Assembly: GCA_965371515.1 (NCBI GenBank)
Contig: CBDUYR010000009.1
Location: 4,602 to 68,601 of the forward strand
Source of the DNA: an uncultured bacterium
GTDB lineage: Bacteria; Krumholzibacteriota; Krumholzibacteriia; Krumholzibacteriales; Krumholzibacteriaceae
Direction: 5' to 3'
DNA: 64,000 nt
Made by a program: the position numbers and the translations under genes. Within the stretch, counting starts at the first letter, position 1. The number at the start of each line of letters is the position of its first letter. Below, one piece after another: positions 9,279 to 17,933 of this stretch. Below the pieces are notes generated by a model that was given only the letters and a program-made list of their open reading frames with translations, was not told the DNA's origin and made no database searches.

Positions 9279-10522
9279 TGTTTTCCGCCCCTTCCCTTCC
9301 CGGCGCCTCCTGCTTTTCCGCGTTTCACATCTTTCCCGGTGATGGAGGCAGCGACGGCGGCATCGAATACCTCTCTCGCTGTCACGTCGTGTTTTTTCGC
9401 GGCATTCCTGCACGATTCGTATTCGGGCGCTGTTTTGACGCCGCCCCCCGGAAGAACGGCGCGCTTCACCGCTATCCGGCCGAACGGGGTATCAACGTGA
9501 GCGGCGGAGCGTTTCAGCTCCATGCGTTCTTCGTACCCGATCCTCACGCCTATTGTGGTAGTCTCCTCGAAGATCGTTCCGACAAGGCTGTCGGCCAACC
9601 CTGGCTGGCACAACACGGTGAGCAGTACGCCGGGCCGGTTCTTCTTCATCGCGACGGGCGATGTGAAGACGTCGAGCGCCCCCTCCTCGAACAGCTTCTC
9701 CTGGACGTATCCGAAGAGCTCGGGCGTCATATCATCGATAGTCGTCCTGATGACGGTTACAAGTCCTCGTGGGTCGTCCTTTCCTCTGCTCGATCCAGAA
9801 TCAGAAGAGGTGTCCGGCCCGGAGCAGGCGGCAGCGCGGAGCATCCCCGGCTCGCCCCCCTTCTCACGGGTTCCTGCAGCGTATACGACCCTGTCTACCC
9901 TGAACGGTCTGTTGGCCGGCAATTCATCGGCAAGCGCTACGGCAAGCGCCGCTCCGGTGGGAGTCACGACCTCCCCCTCGATCGTGCCGAACGAGACTGT
10001 CCTGGATTTCAGTACCTCGAGCGTAGCCGGCGCGGGGAGAGGCAGTGTTCCGTGAGAGAAGTTGATCGTCCCGCTTCCGAGGATGAACGGCCTGTGATAG
10101 AGCTTCGGGAACCCGAGCAGCGACAAGGCCACTACCGTCCCGACAATATCGACAATCGAGTCGACCGCGCCGACCTCGTGGAAATGCACCTGGTCAGCCG
10201 GGACACCGTGTATCTTACCCTCCGCCTCTCCAAGCACGGTGAACGTCCTCGAAGCTGCTTCCTTCTCTTCCCTGCCGAGTTTGGACCGTCTTATCATGGA
10301 GAGGATGGACTTCAGGTCCCTCGGCTTAGCCCTGTCGGGACAGATGACCCTCGCCCTGACCGCCGTCACTCCCCTTCGCTTGACCCTTCCTGCGACGATG
10401 CGGAATCTCTCGAGACCCGGCAGCGTGGCGACCCGTTTCTGGACCTGGCGCCTGTCAGCACCCAGTGCGAAGAGGCACCCGAGAAACATGTCGCCGCTGA
10501 GGCCGGCAGAGGGATCCAGCAC
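9275..10522 (-). CDS. larC: Nickel-pincer cofactor biosynthesis protein LarC (DUF111 family)
   Basis: LarC signatures present: VLDPSAGLSGDMFLGCLFALGAD, HFHEVGAVDSIVDIVG, TPTGAA. A C-terminal LarC2-like domain follows. There is no in-frame ATG near the N-terminus. GTG at 10522 is proposed as the start, although the ORF stays open to 10822. Confidence 0.7.
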   Translation of the reverse strand: MLDPSAGLSGDMFLGCLFALGADRRQVQKRVATLPGLERFRIVAGRVKRRGVTAVRARVICPDRAKPRDLKSILSMIRRSKLGREEKEAASRTFTVLGEAEGKIHGVPADQVHFHEVGAVDSIVDIVGTVVALSLLGFPKLYHRPFILGSGTINFSHGTLPLPAPATLEVLKSRTVSFGTIEGEVVTPTGAALAVALADELPANRPFRVDRVVYAAGTREKGGEPGMLRAAACSGPDTSSDSGSSRGKDDPRGLVTVIRTTIDDMTPELFGYVQEKLFEEGALDVFTSPVAMKKNRPGVLLTVLCQPGLADSLVGTIFEETTTIGVRIGYEERMELKRSAAHVDTPFGRIAVKRAVLPGGGVKTAPEYESCRNAAKKHDVTAREVFDAAVAASITGKDVKRGKAGGAGKGRGGKQ

Positions 10523-10670
10523 TATCGTATCGATCGTATTACCAGCTCTGCTCGCGTTGTCCGCATTTTTCGCTCGCCTGGTGCTTTTTGAACTTCCTGT
10601 ATTATAAGATTTCGGCAATGCATCCTCCCGGCGCCTCACGGCTGGAAACTGCCGCGGGCCTGGAAACTTC

Positions 10671-11429
10671 TCATTTGTCCGGATATATCTTTCGGCAGAT
10701 GACCGCGGCGGCGTAGGCGGCGCCGAACCCGTTGTCGATGTTGACGACTGTGACTCCCCCGGCACAGCTGTTGAGCATCGCCAGAAGCGCAGCGAGCCCG
10801 CCGAAGCTCGCCCCGTAACCAATGCTCGTGGGAACTGCTATGACAGGAGCGGCGGCCATCCCCGCGACGACACTGGCGAGGGCGCCCTCCATACCAGCCA
10901 CTACGATGATGACATCGGCCTCCCTGATCTCCTCCCAGGACGAAAGGAGCCTGTGGAGCCCGGCCACCCCGACATCGTAGAACCTCCCCACCCTGCACCC
11001 CAGATACTGCGCAGTCAGGGCCGCCTCTTCGGAGACCAACCAGTCGGAGGTCCCTCCGGCGACGACGGCGACAAAACCCTTCTCTTCCGTATGTGACTGC
11101 CTGACGGCGAACAGCCTGCCCTCCTCATGATAGACGGCACCCTCGATCGAGCCGGATATCGCCGCGAACTGCTCAGGCACGCACCTGGTCGCGAGCAGGT
11201 CGGAGCCGTGCTCCAGGATCCTCGTCGCTATGCCCGTTATCTGCTCCGGCGTCTTGCCCTGGCAGAATATCACCTCGGGAAATCCGCGCCTCAGCTCCCT
11301 GTGATGATCGATCCGGGCATACCCGGTATCCTCGAAGGGCAGCGTCCTGAGGCGTTCGACCGCCTCGTCAACACCGGTCTTTCCGCCGGCCACATCGTCC
11401 AGGAGTCTCTTCAGGCTGTCCCTGTCCAT
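10671..11429 (-). CDS. larB: LarB (PurE-like pyridinium-3,5-biscarboxylic acid mononucleotide synthase)
   Basis: PurE-class fold motifs AVVAGGTSDW and IIVVAGMEGALASVVAGM ... PVIAVPTSIGYG. About 252 aa. Confidence 0.8.
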   Translation of the reverse strand: MDRDSLKRLLDDVAGGKTGVDEAVERLRTLPFEDTGYARIDHHRELRRGFPEVIFCQGKTPEQITGIATRILEHGSDLLATRCVPEQFAAISGSIEGAVYHEEGRLFAVRQSHTEEKGFVAVVAGGTSDWLVSEEAALTAQYLGCRVGRFYDVGVAGLHRLLSSWEEIREADVIIVVAGMEGALASVVAGMAAAPVIAVPTSIGYGASFGGLAALLAMLNSCAGGVTVVNIDNGFGAAYAAAVICRKIYPDK

Positions 11430-12412
11430 TTCTTATCCATATCCTCTCTGAGTTCGCATATTATCTCAGTCGTTTCGGCCATCGATTCAGCGGTGGAAAG
11501 CCTGATGCGGTAATCCTTCATATCGGGCAGCCCCCTGAGGAACCACCTGTACTGTTTGCGCATTTCGACCACGGCCCGTCTCTCGCCCTTCCATTCCTCC
11601 TCCATGCGGGCCAACCGGATCATCGCACCGATCTTTTCCGCCACACCGGGACCGGTCCACGGCCGTCCCTCGAGAGCCGCCTTTATCTCACTGAATACCC
11701 AGGGGCGCCCGAATGCAGCCCTGCCTATCATAACAGTTTCGCAACCTGTTATCTCGACAATTTTCAGGTAATCGTCCGCTCCCCGCACGTCGCCGCTCGC
11801 CACCACATCTATCGACAGCGTCTCGCGGAGCCTCGCGAGGTGCGTCCAGTCAGCCTCGCCCGAGAATCCCTGCGTGCGGTACCTCGGATGGAGCGTCACT
11901 GCCGCGATCCCCGCATCTTCCACCGTCTTCCCCGCCTCGACGAAGTTCTCCTCGGCCGGACTCCATCCGCTGCGAATCTTTACCGTCACGGGAACGGCCG
12001 ACGCCGAGACGACAGCCTTGCAGATCCGGCCCATCAAGTCGAGGTCGCGCATTATCGCCGCCCCGCCGTTTCGTTTTATCACTTTCTTTACGGGACACCC
12101 GAAGTTGAGATCGATAAACGCAGGCTCCGTCCGCGAGACGATCGCCGCCGCCTCGGCAAAAGCCGCGGGATCCGAACCGAAGAGCTGGACTCCCACCGGC
12201 CCTTCGCCTGGAAGCCGTTCGATCAGGCGTGCCGTCTTCTCGCCCCCGCGTATCAGCCCGTCGGCGCTGACCATCTCGGTAACGGTAAAATCTGCGCCGT
12301 ACCCGAAGCAGAGCAGCCGGAACGGCGGATCCGACCAGCCGGCCAGCGGGGCGAGCCCCACGGTGGTCCCGGCAAAGGGAGAATGCTTGCGTTCGGGAGG
12401 ATTATCAGTCAT
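11411..12412 (-). CDS. dusB: tRNA-dihydrouridine synthase (DusB-like)
   Basis: FMN TIM-barrel Dus motifs (LAPLAGWSDPPFR, IDLNFGCPVKKV, VTVKIRSGW). ATG at 12412; the ORF-track start at 12442 is TTG. Confidence 0.8.
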   Translation of the reverse strand: MTDNPPERKHSPFAGTTVGLAPLAGWSDPPFRLLCFGYGADFTVTEMVSADGLIRGGEKTARLIERLPGEGPVGVQLFGSDPAAFAEAAAIVSRTEPAFIDLNFGCPVKKVIKRNGGAAIMRDLDLMGRICKAVVSASAVPVTVKIRSGWSPAEENFVEAGKTVEDAGIAAVTLHPRYRTQGFSGEADWTHLARLRETLSIDVVASGDVRGADDYLKIVEITGCETVMIGRAAFGRPWVFSEIKAALEGRPWTGPGVAEKIGAMIRLARMEEEWKGERRAVVEMRKQYRWFLRGLPDMKDYRIRLSTAESMAETTEIICELREDMDKKWTGTA

Positions 12413-12420
12413 GGGGCGGC

Positions 12421-12459
12421 TCCCGTCAAAGGCTCCCGTCAAAGGCTCCCGTCAGAGGC
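12421..12459. repeat. 13-bp tandem repeat x3 (tcccgtcaaaggc), between the dusB start and the stop of the upstream membrane gene
   Basis: Direct reading. The third copy has one substitution (cagaggc). Confidence 0.7.
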
Positions 12460-13285
12460 TGTGCGGCACGAGATAAAGGGCCAGGCTGAGGACCGAAGTG
12501 ATGATGACGGCGACGGCGAAGATGCCCGGACGCACTGCGTCGCTTCCCGTCCTCCTGCCCACGAAGCTCTTCCACGAGAGAACCGCGATGATGAGCCAGA
12601 ATATGGCGATCAGCTGCGTCTTGTTGTCGGTGATGTCGTACCCGAAGGGAAAGCCTTCCCAGAACATGCCGAATCTCTGCCAGTTGAGGGCGAACCCGAG
12701 CGGCCACCCGCCGAGGAAGGTAAAGAGCAGGACCCACCTCGCCTGCGCCACAGTGAATTCCTTCTCCTCACCCATGAAGAGCATCGCAAACGCGCCGAGC
12801 AGCGCTTCGATAATGAAAAAGAAAGCGGCAAACATGCAGAGGATATGCAGGACGAGAACAGTAACCGATACTTCGCCCTTGTATTTGATCAGATAATTCC
12901 CTGTCTCAGAAGAAGCGCTTGATACACCAGCGTCGGATATTTCTTCATGCAATATCCGGAACCCGTACTCGATCCTGCTGCCCTTCTCCTTCCCGGGAAG
13001 CCTTGCCGCCCAGATCCCCTCCGAGATCTCCGACATCCGAATCGTCTCGAACACCTTCTCCCCCGGACTACGGTAGCGGACGACGGCGTCTATCTCCACG
13101 GGCGGAGTGACACTCAGTATGATCTCGGGCTGACCGGGGCCGACATGTTCGAATACAGTCGTATGGGCTATGTGCACCTCGCCGAAGGTCACATCCGTTT
13201 CGAAAGGCCTGTTTTTCGACATTCTCCTGGCAACGACGAATATGAGCAGTGTTATAAGTATTCCGACAAGTACCCGTTTTCTCAT
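12452..13285 (-). CDS. Hypothetical membrane protein (N-terminal TM, soluble domain, then about 4 C-terminal TM helices)
   Basis: Hydropathy pattern only. No recognisable motif. Confidence 0.4.
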   Translation of the reverse strand: MRKRVLVGILITLLIFVVARRMSKNRPFETDVTFGEVHIAHTTVFEHVGPGQPEIILSVTPPVEIDAVVRYRSPGEKVFETIRMSEISEGIWAARLPGKEKGSRIEYGFRILHEEISDAGVSSASSETGNYLIKYKGEVSVTVLVLHILCMFAAFFFIIEALLGAFAMLFMGEEKEFTVAQARWVLLFTFLGGWPLGFALNWQRFGMFWEGFPFGYDITDNKTQLIAIFWLIIAVLSWKSFVGRRTGSDAVRPGIFAVAVIITSVLSLALYLVPHSL

Positions 13286-13309
13286 CGACGACCTCCATTG
13301 CGTTTCGAT

Positions 13310-14185
13310 ATGAAAGATAATACATTATCGATTATGTACGGTTCAAAGGTTTTCATGGTGGATACCATAGTTCCCGGGGACGGGCTGCCGGTCCCAGTCG
13401 ACGTCAGAACCGCCTTCAGGGACACTGAGAGGCCCGTTATCGTCGTCTGCCCCGGATTTCTCGCCTACAGGAGATGGGGATTCTTTCCCTGGGTATCGGA
13501 ACACCTCGCCGCGGCCGGATTCCATGTCGTGACGATCAGTTTCTCTCACAGCGGCACCGACGACGGGACAGGGATGATCACCAGGCCCGTCGAATTCGCC
13601 TCGAACAAGGTATCGATCGAGCTCTCGGACCTCGAACGGGTCCTGCGCTGGATCGATTCTGGCGGCTTCCCCTTTCCCACAGCTTCGTCGAGGGGCCTCT
13701 TCGGCCACAGCAGGGGCGGATCGGTCTGCGTACTCGCCGCGCAGTCGTTTCCGGAAGTCAGGTCGATCGTCATCTGGTCGACACCGTCGAGGCTCGACCG
13801 GTACACCGACCGACGAAAAGAGGAATGGAAAAGGACCGGCGCTCTCGAATTCTCCGACAGCCGCTCACCCGTGCCGCTTCGGCTCGACTACTCGTACTAC
13901 GAGGACATCGAAGCGAACCGGGAGAGGTACGATCTCCCAAGAGCCGCCGCCGGGCTCGATATCCCCCTCCTCGTGGTACACGGGGAACGGGACGCGGCCG
14001 TGTCCATAAACGAGGCGAAGGCGTTCTTCAAACTGCCCGGCAGGAGCAAGCGGAGACTCGAAACGATAAAGGGATGCGGGCATACATTCGGGATCACGCA
14101 CCCCATGGCCGAACCGACGCCCGCACTCGAAAGAGCCGTATCGCGGACGGTCGAATGGTTTGCCTCGACCGTCAGTGTAGATTAG
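13310..14185 (+). CDS. Alpha/beta-hydrolase fold protein
   Basis: GHSRGG nucleophile elbow. Downstream Asp (VVHGERDAAV) and His (GCGHTF). The start was chosen downstream of the convergent gene; alternatives are 13334 and 13352. Confidence 0.65.
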   Translation: MKDNTLSIMYGSKVFMVDTIVPGDGLPVPVDVRTAFRDTERPVIVVCPGFLAYRRWGFFPWVSEHLAAAGFHVVTISFSHSGTDDGTGMITRPVEFASNKVSIELSDLERVLRWIDSGGFPFPTASSRGLFGHSRGGSVCVLAAQSFPEVRSIVIWSTPSRLDRYTDRRKEEWKRTGALEFSDSRSPVPLRLDYSYYEDIEANRERYDLPRAAAGLDIPLLVVHGERDAAVSINEAKAFFKLPGRSKRRLETIKGCGHTFGITHPMAEPTPALERAVSRTVEWFASTVSVD

Positions 14186-14271
14186 TATACAAATGACCGC
14201 GCTGACCGGCGCGCGGCCGATGTGATGTGATCTGCAGCGATCCTTGAAACGACTGAGTCCCTGGAGGAGAG

Positions 14272-14670
14272 ATGTCCGTTAAAGGAAGAAACGCTATTAT
14301 CGTCGGGGCGGCTGTCGTCGTCATCGTGGCGCTCGTGGCCGGAAGGGGATGGATCTCCTCGAGGTCGTACTACAGGGCCGCCGACAGGCTGTCCTCATCC
14401 ATGCCCGCCGACCTGCAGGCCAAGTACGGCGAGGAACTGAAGTACACGATCGACAAGTTCTGGAACTGCTACGAGGAAGACATCTGCTCGCGAAACGACA
14501 TGACCGACGTGATGGACGAAATGAAGCGCCTCACTTCAGGAGGCGAGATCACCGACAGCGATATATTCAAATTCATCGGGTTCGTCAGCCGCCTCTATAC
14601 CGACCGGCTGGATAAATATCACAGGGCAGACATTCGCAGGATGGAAGAGAAGAATCGGCAGAATCAGTAG
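14272..14670 (+). CDS. Hypothetical membrane-anchored small protein
   Basis: N-terminal TM (AIIVGAAVVVIVALVAG). Otherwise no motif. Confidence 0.35.
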   Translation: MSVKGRNAIIVGAAVVVIVALVAGRGWISSRSYYRAADRLSSSMPADLQAKYGEELKYTIDKFWNCYEEDICSRNDMTDVMDEMKRLTSGGEITDSDIFKFIGFVSRLYTDRLDKYHRADIRRMEEKNRQNQ

Positions 14671-14689
14671 CGTGTGAATACCTGTATGA

Positions 14690-15361
14690 TCAATCGGACA
14701 GGTAGAGCCTCGACATCATCTCGCGTTCTACGTCGCGGAAATTCTTGAAGCGGATGCAGTCTATCTTCTCGCGCTCGCAGTGGTCGAGCAGGTCCCCTTT
14801 GGCAAACACCATGTCGGCGTGCTCCGACGGACACCTGTCACTGTACCCGTTACCGATGTATACGGTGAAGTATCCCTCGCCGCGCAGTTTATCCACATGC
14901 GCTTTCTTGCAGTTCGCGCACATGTCGCAGAGCTCGGGTATGTACCAGGGGAATTCCACCCCGGTGATCCTGTCCCCGTCGGTGACGAGATGATTGGATT
15001 TATATTCGATGAATCCGTATCCGTATCTCATCAGGATCGAGTCGATATAGTAATCGAGCCCGTCGCTGAGGATCATCAGCTCGAACTTGCGTCTGTTGCA
15101 GAAATCGACGAAATCCTTGAAGAAGGAATCGAGAGGCTCGTTCTCGATGAAGGCATCGAGGTCACTGAGGCCCGCCTGCATCCAAGTGACCTCCTTCTCG
15201 AGGCACTCGCGGGAGCTGATCAGACCGATCTTCCACTTCTCGAGGAGTTCCTCGTGGGCTTTTCGATCGGGAATGAACTTCTCGAAGAAATGCTGCCCGA
15301 CATCCCGAAGCGTGATCGTACCGTCAAAATCGCTGACTATGGCGATCCGTTTGCTCTTCAA
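14690..15361 (-). CDS. HAD-IB hydrolase, MtnX-like phosphatase
   Basis: Motif I DFDGTIT. Cys cluster (CDMCANC). Motif IV GNGYSD. Overall similarity to 2-hydroxy-3-keto-5-methylthiopentenyl-1-phosphate phosphatase. Confidence 0.6.
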   Translation of the reverse strand: MKSKRIAIVSDFDGTITLRDVGQHFFEKFIPDRKAHEELLEKWKIGLISSRECLEKEVTWMQAGLSDLDAFIENEPLDSFFKDFVDFCNRRKFELMILSDGLDYYIDSILMRYGYGFIEYKSNHLVTDGDRITGVEFPWYIPELCDMCANCKKAHVDKLRGEGYFTVYIGNGYSDRCPSEHADMVFAKGDLLDHCEREKIDCIRFKNFRDVEREMMSRLYLSD

Positions 15362-17010
15362 TCGCCCTCCGTCTTCACGGCTTCGGCCTGCGCTTGGTCG
15401 GCCTGTGCTTGGTCGGCCTGTGCTTGCTCAGCCTGTGCTTGCTCAGCCTTCGCAAGCTCCTGCTTCTGGGCCGCGTAGGCGAACATCTCGTTCAGGGTCG
15501 AGGCCTCGTTAAACATCTCAAGAACCGCGTTGACCTCATCATCCTCGGGAAGGGTGGCCATGTAGGCCCCTTTCGTCCCGTAGAGCTTCCGGAAGACTTC
15601 GCGCCTGATCCCCAGCTCGACGTAATCGATGTTCTCCTCAGTCCAGCTGTCCTCCTCGTACTCGAATTCCTTCGCGTCGAGGTATTCACGGAACTCCTTC
15701 ATCACGTCGTCTGTGACAACGAAGTCTTCGCCTACCTGCTTGTGCTCAGCCGTGTAGTGGACGGCGAACGAGAAGAATATGCTTTTGATCTCGAGGGCGC
15801 GCTGCAAGTCGGTCCATTTGGGCAATTCCATCACCCAGTCGGGCGTGATGCCTCCGCCGCCGTAGACGATGCGTCCGCCCGCGGTGTAGTACTCCTTCGT
15901 CGCATCATCTTCATCGACGATCTCGTTCCCCTCACGATCGCTGTCCTTGTGGATACTTCGTCCGCTCGGAGTGAAGTACTTCTGAGTGGTCAGTTTCAGC
16001 GCCGAATCCCGGCCTATCTTGAAGACGGTCTGGACCGAGCCTTTGCCGAAGGTCGGCTGGCCGACGATGAGGCCGCGGTCCCAGTCCTGCAGCGCGCCCG
16101 AGACGATCTCGGACGCCGAGGCGCTGGCACCGTTGACGAGCACAACAACGGGATAATCGTTGTGAACGTTCTTTCCGTTCGAATAGAACTTCCGGCTGTC
16201 GTCGGGCAGGCGGCTCTCCGTGTAGACGATCATCTTTCCCTTGTCGAGAAAGAGATCGGATACGTGGAACGCTGCGGTGAGAAGGCCGCCGGGGTTCGAC
16301 CTGAGATCGATCATTGCCCCCTTGATACCTTCCTTCTCCATCCCGTCGAGTATGGCGTCAAGGTCACGCGCCGTGTTCTCGGCGAACCTGGCGATCCTCA
16401 CGTAGCCGACACTGTCTATGACGTCGTAATAAGTGATGCTGGGCACGGTGATGATCTCGCGGGTTATGGTCACAGCCAGCGAGTCGATCTCGTTGCCGGC
16501 GGCCTCACGCCCCACGGTGATGTTGACCTGAGTGCCGGGCGCTCCCCTGAGCTTCCCGACCGCCTCGTCGCTGCTCCACCCTTCGGTGGACTCGCCCTCT
16601 ATCTCGACGATCCTGTCACCAGCCTGGATACCCACCCTGTACGCCGGTGTATCCTCGATCGGGGATATCACCGTCGGAAACCCGTCCCTCACCGTAATCG
16701 TGATGCCGAGACCTCCGAACTCGCCCTTCGTGTCTATCATGAGGTTCTCGTACTGCCGCTTGTCGAGATACACAGAATGCGGATCGAGTTCCTCGAGGAT
16801 CCCGCGGATGGCGTCGTCGATTACGTCACCGAGCTCCTTCTCATCGACATAGAAGTCGAGGACCCTGGTCAGGACCTCGTTCAGCCTGTCTATCTCTTCG
16901 AGAGAAGTCTCCCTGTCTCTGCGCTGCTCCCCCGCTATTACATAGACCGCCGCTGCCACGAGCAGTATCACGGCCAGAGCCGATATCGCGAATCTCTTGT
17001 CGAGTCTCAA
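15358..17010 (-). CDS. ctpA: Carboxyl-terminal processing protease (S41, CtpA-like) with PDZ domain
   Basis: N-terminal TM. PDZ segment. S41 catalytic region LVNGASASASEIVSGALQD. C-terminal (AEQAQ/ADQAQ)n tail. Confidence 0.85.
   Translation of the reverse strand: MRLDKRFAISALAVILLVAAAVYVIAGEQRRDRETSLEEIDRLNEVLTRVLDFYVDEKELGDVIDDAIRGILEELDPHSVYLDKRQYENLMIDTKGEFGGLGITITVRDGFPTVISPIEDTPAYRVGIQAGDRIVEIEGESTEGWSSDEAVGKLRGAPGTQVNITVGREAAGNEIDSLAVTITREIITVPSITYYDVIDSVGYVRIARFAENTARDLDAILDGMEKEGIKGAMIDLRSNPGGLLTAAFHVSDLFLDKGKMIVYTESRLPDDSRKFYSNGKNVHNDYPVVVLVNGASASASEIVSGALQDWDRGLIVGQPTFGKGSVQTVFKIGRDSALKLTTQKYFTPSGRSIHKDSDREGNEIVDEDDATKEYYTAGGRIVYGGGGITPDWVMELPKWTDLQRALEIKSIFFSFAVHYTAEHKQVGEDFVVTDDVMKEFREYLDAKEFEYEEDSWTEENIDYVELGIRREVFRKLYGTKGAYMATLPEDDEVNAVLEMFNEASTLNEMFAYAAQKQELAKAEQAQAEQAQADQAQADQAQAEAVKTEGD
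15382..15456. repeat. 15-bp tandem repeat x5 (cggcctgtgcttggt and variants), encoding (A[ED]QAQ)n at the CtpA C-terminus
   Basis: Direct reading. Confidence 0.8.
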
Positions 17011-17141
17011 TGGAGACCTCCCCTTGTGTTGTTCAGTGCATCATCCCGGCCAGCGGGATATCCGTGCGCTCCCCCATGGGGCGCCACCCGCGGTACCCCT
17101 GAATATGGGGCCACCGGGAATCGGAATCAAACGCTTATTAA

Positions 17142-17804
17142 TTACAGGCTTTTTAACCCCGGCAGTGCCCGCAGGTTCCGTAGAACCGCCTCTATCACCT
17201 CGTCGATGGGAACGGAAGCATCTATGACCGCGACCCTGTCCGGCTCCCTCGATGCGATCCGCAGATATCCTTCCCTGACCTTCTCGTGAAAGGTCCTCTT
17301 CTCGAGTTCCAGCCTGTCCCTGCTCCGCATCCCTTCCGCCTCCCGCCTGTCAGGCCCCCTCTCGAACCCGTCGCTGACCTCGAGATCGAGCAGATATGTC
17401 CTGTCCGGCACCGCTCCCGCCACGGCGAACGAATTGAGGTCGGCCACGACATCCTCGCCGAGCCCCCTGGCCCAACCCTGGTACGCGACCGACGCGTCCA
17501 TGAACCTGTCGCAGAGAACACTCGTCCCGCTCTCCAGCGCGGGCCTTATCACCTCGCCCACGAGCTGTGCGCGGCTGGCCACGTAGAGAAGCAGCTCAGC
17601 CTGCGGAGAGATCGATGTGTTCGCCGGATCGAGCAGCATCTCCCTGATCTTTTCCGAGATCTCGTTTCCTCCCGGCTCGCGGGTGATGATGCATTCTAGA
17701 CCGGCCTGCAGGAACCTCTCCAGAATTGCTCGAGCCACCGTGGATTTGCCCGATCCCTCTATACCTTCGAAGGTTACAAAATATCCCTGTTTATCCTCAG
17801 TCAT
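17142..17804 (-). CDS. tmk: Thymidylate kinase
   Basis: P-loop FEGIEGSGKST. TMP-binding REPGG. Lid region. Confidence 0.85.
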   Translation of the reverse strand: MTEDKQGYFVTFEGIEGSGKSTVARAILERFLQAGLECIITREPGGNEISEKIREMLLDPANTSISPQAELLLYVASRAQLVGEVIRPALESGTSVLCDRFMDASVAYQGWARGLGEDVVADLNSFAVAGAVPDRTYLLDLEVSDGFERGPDRREAEGMRSRDRLELEKRTFHEKVREGYLRIASREPDRVAVIDASVPIDEVIEAVLRNLRALPGLKSL

Positions 17805-17933
17805 CCGGCTTCCTTGTATTTCGCGGCCAGGCGACGCGCCTGCCGCATCCTCATTGCAATACGTGAATGATCAGCGCCTGTTTCATACATGTGTCTGTCC
17901 TTTGTTCTCGACCAACTCACGAATACTCCCGTT

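Noticed and set aside
9254-10591. 445-aa plus-strand ORF
   Set aside because: Antisense to LarC, with Pro/Arg/Gly-rich shadow-ORF composition.
11840-12922. 360-aa plus-strand ORF
   Set aside because: It spans the dusB and membrane-protein genes on the opposite strand. It is Arg/Pro-rich shadow ORF.
15394-17289. 631-aa plus-strand ORF
   Set aside because: Antisense to the CtpA S41 protease, which has clear catalytic and PDZ motifs.
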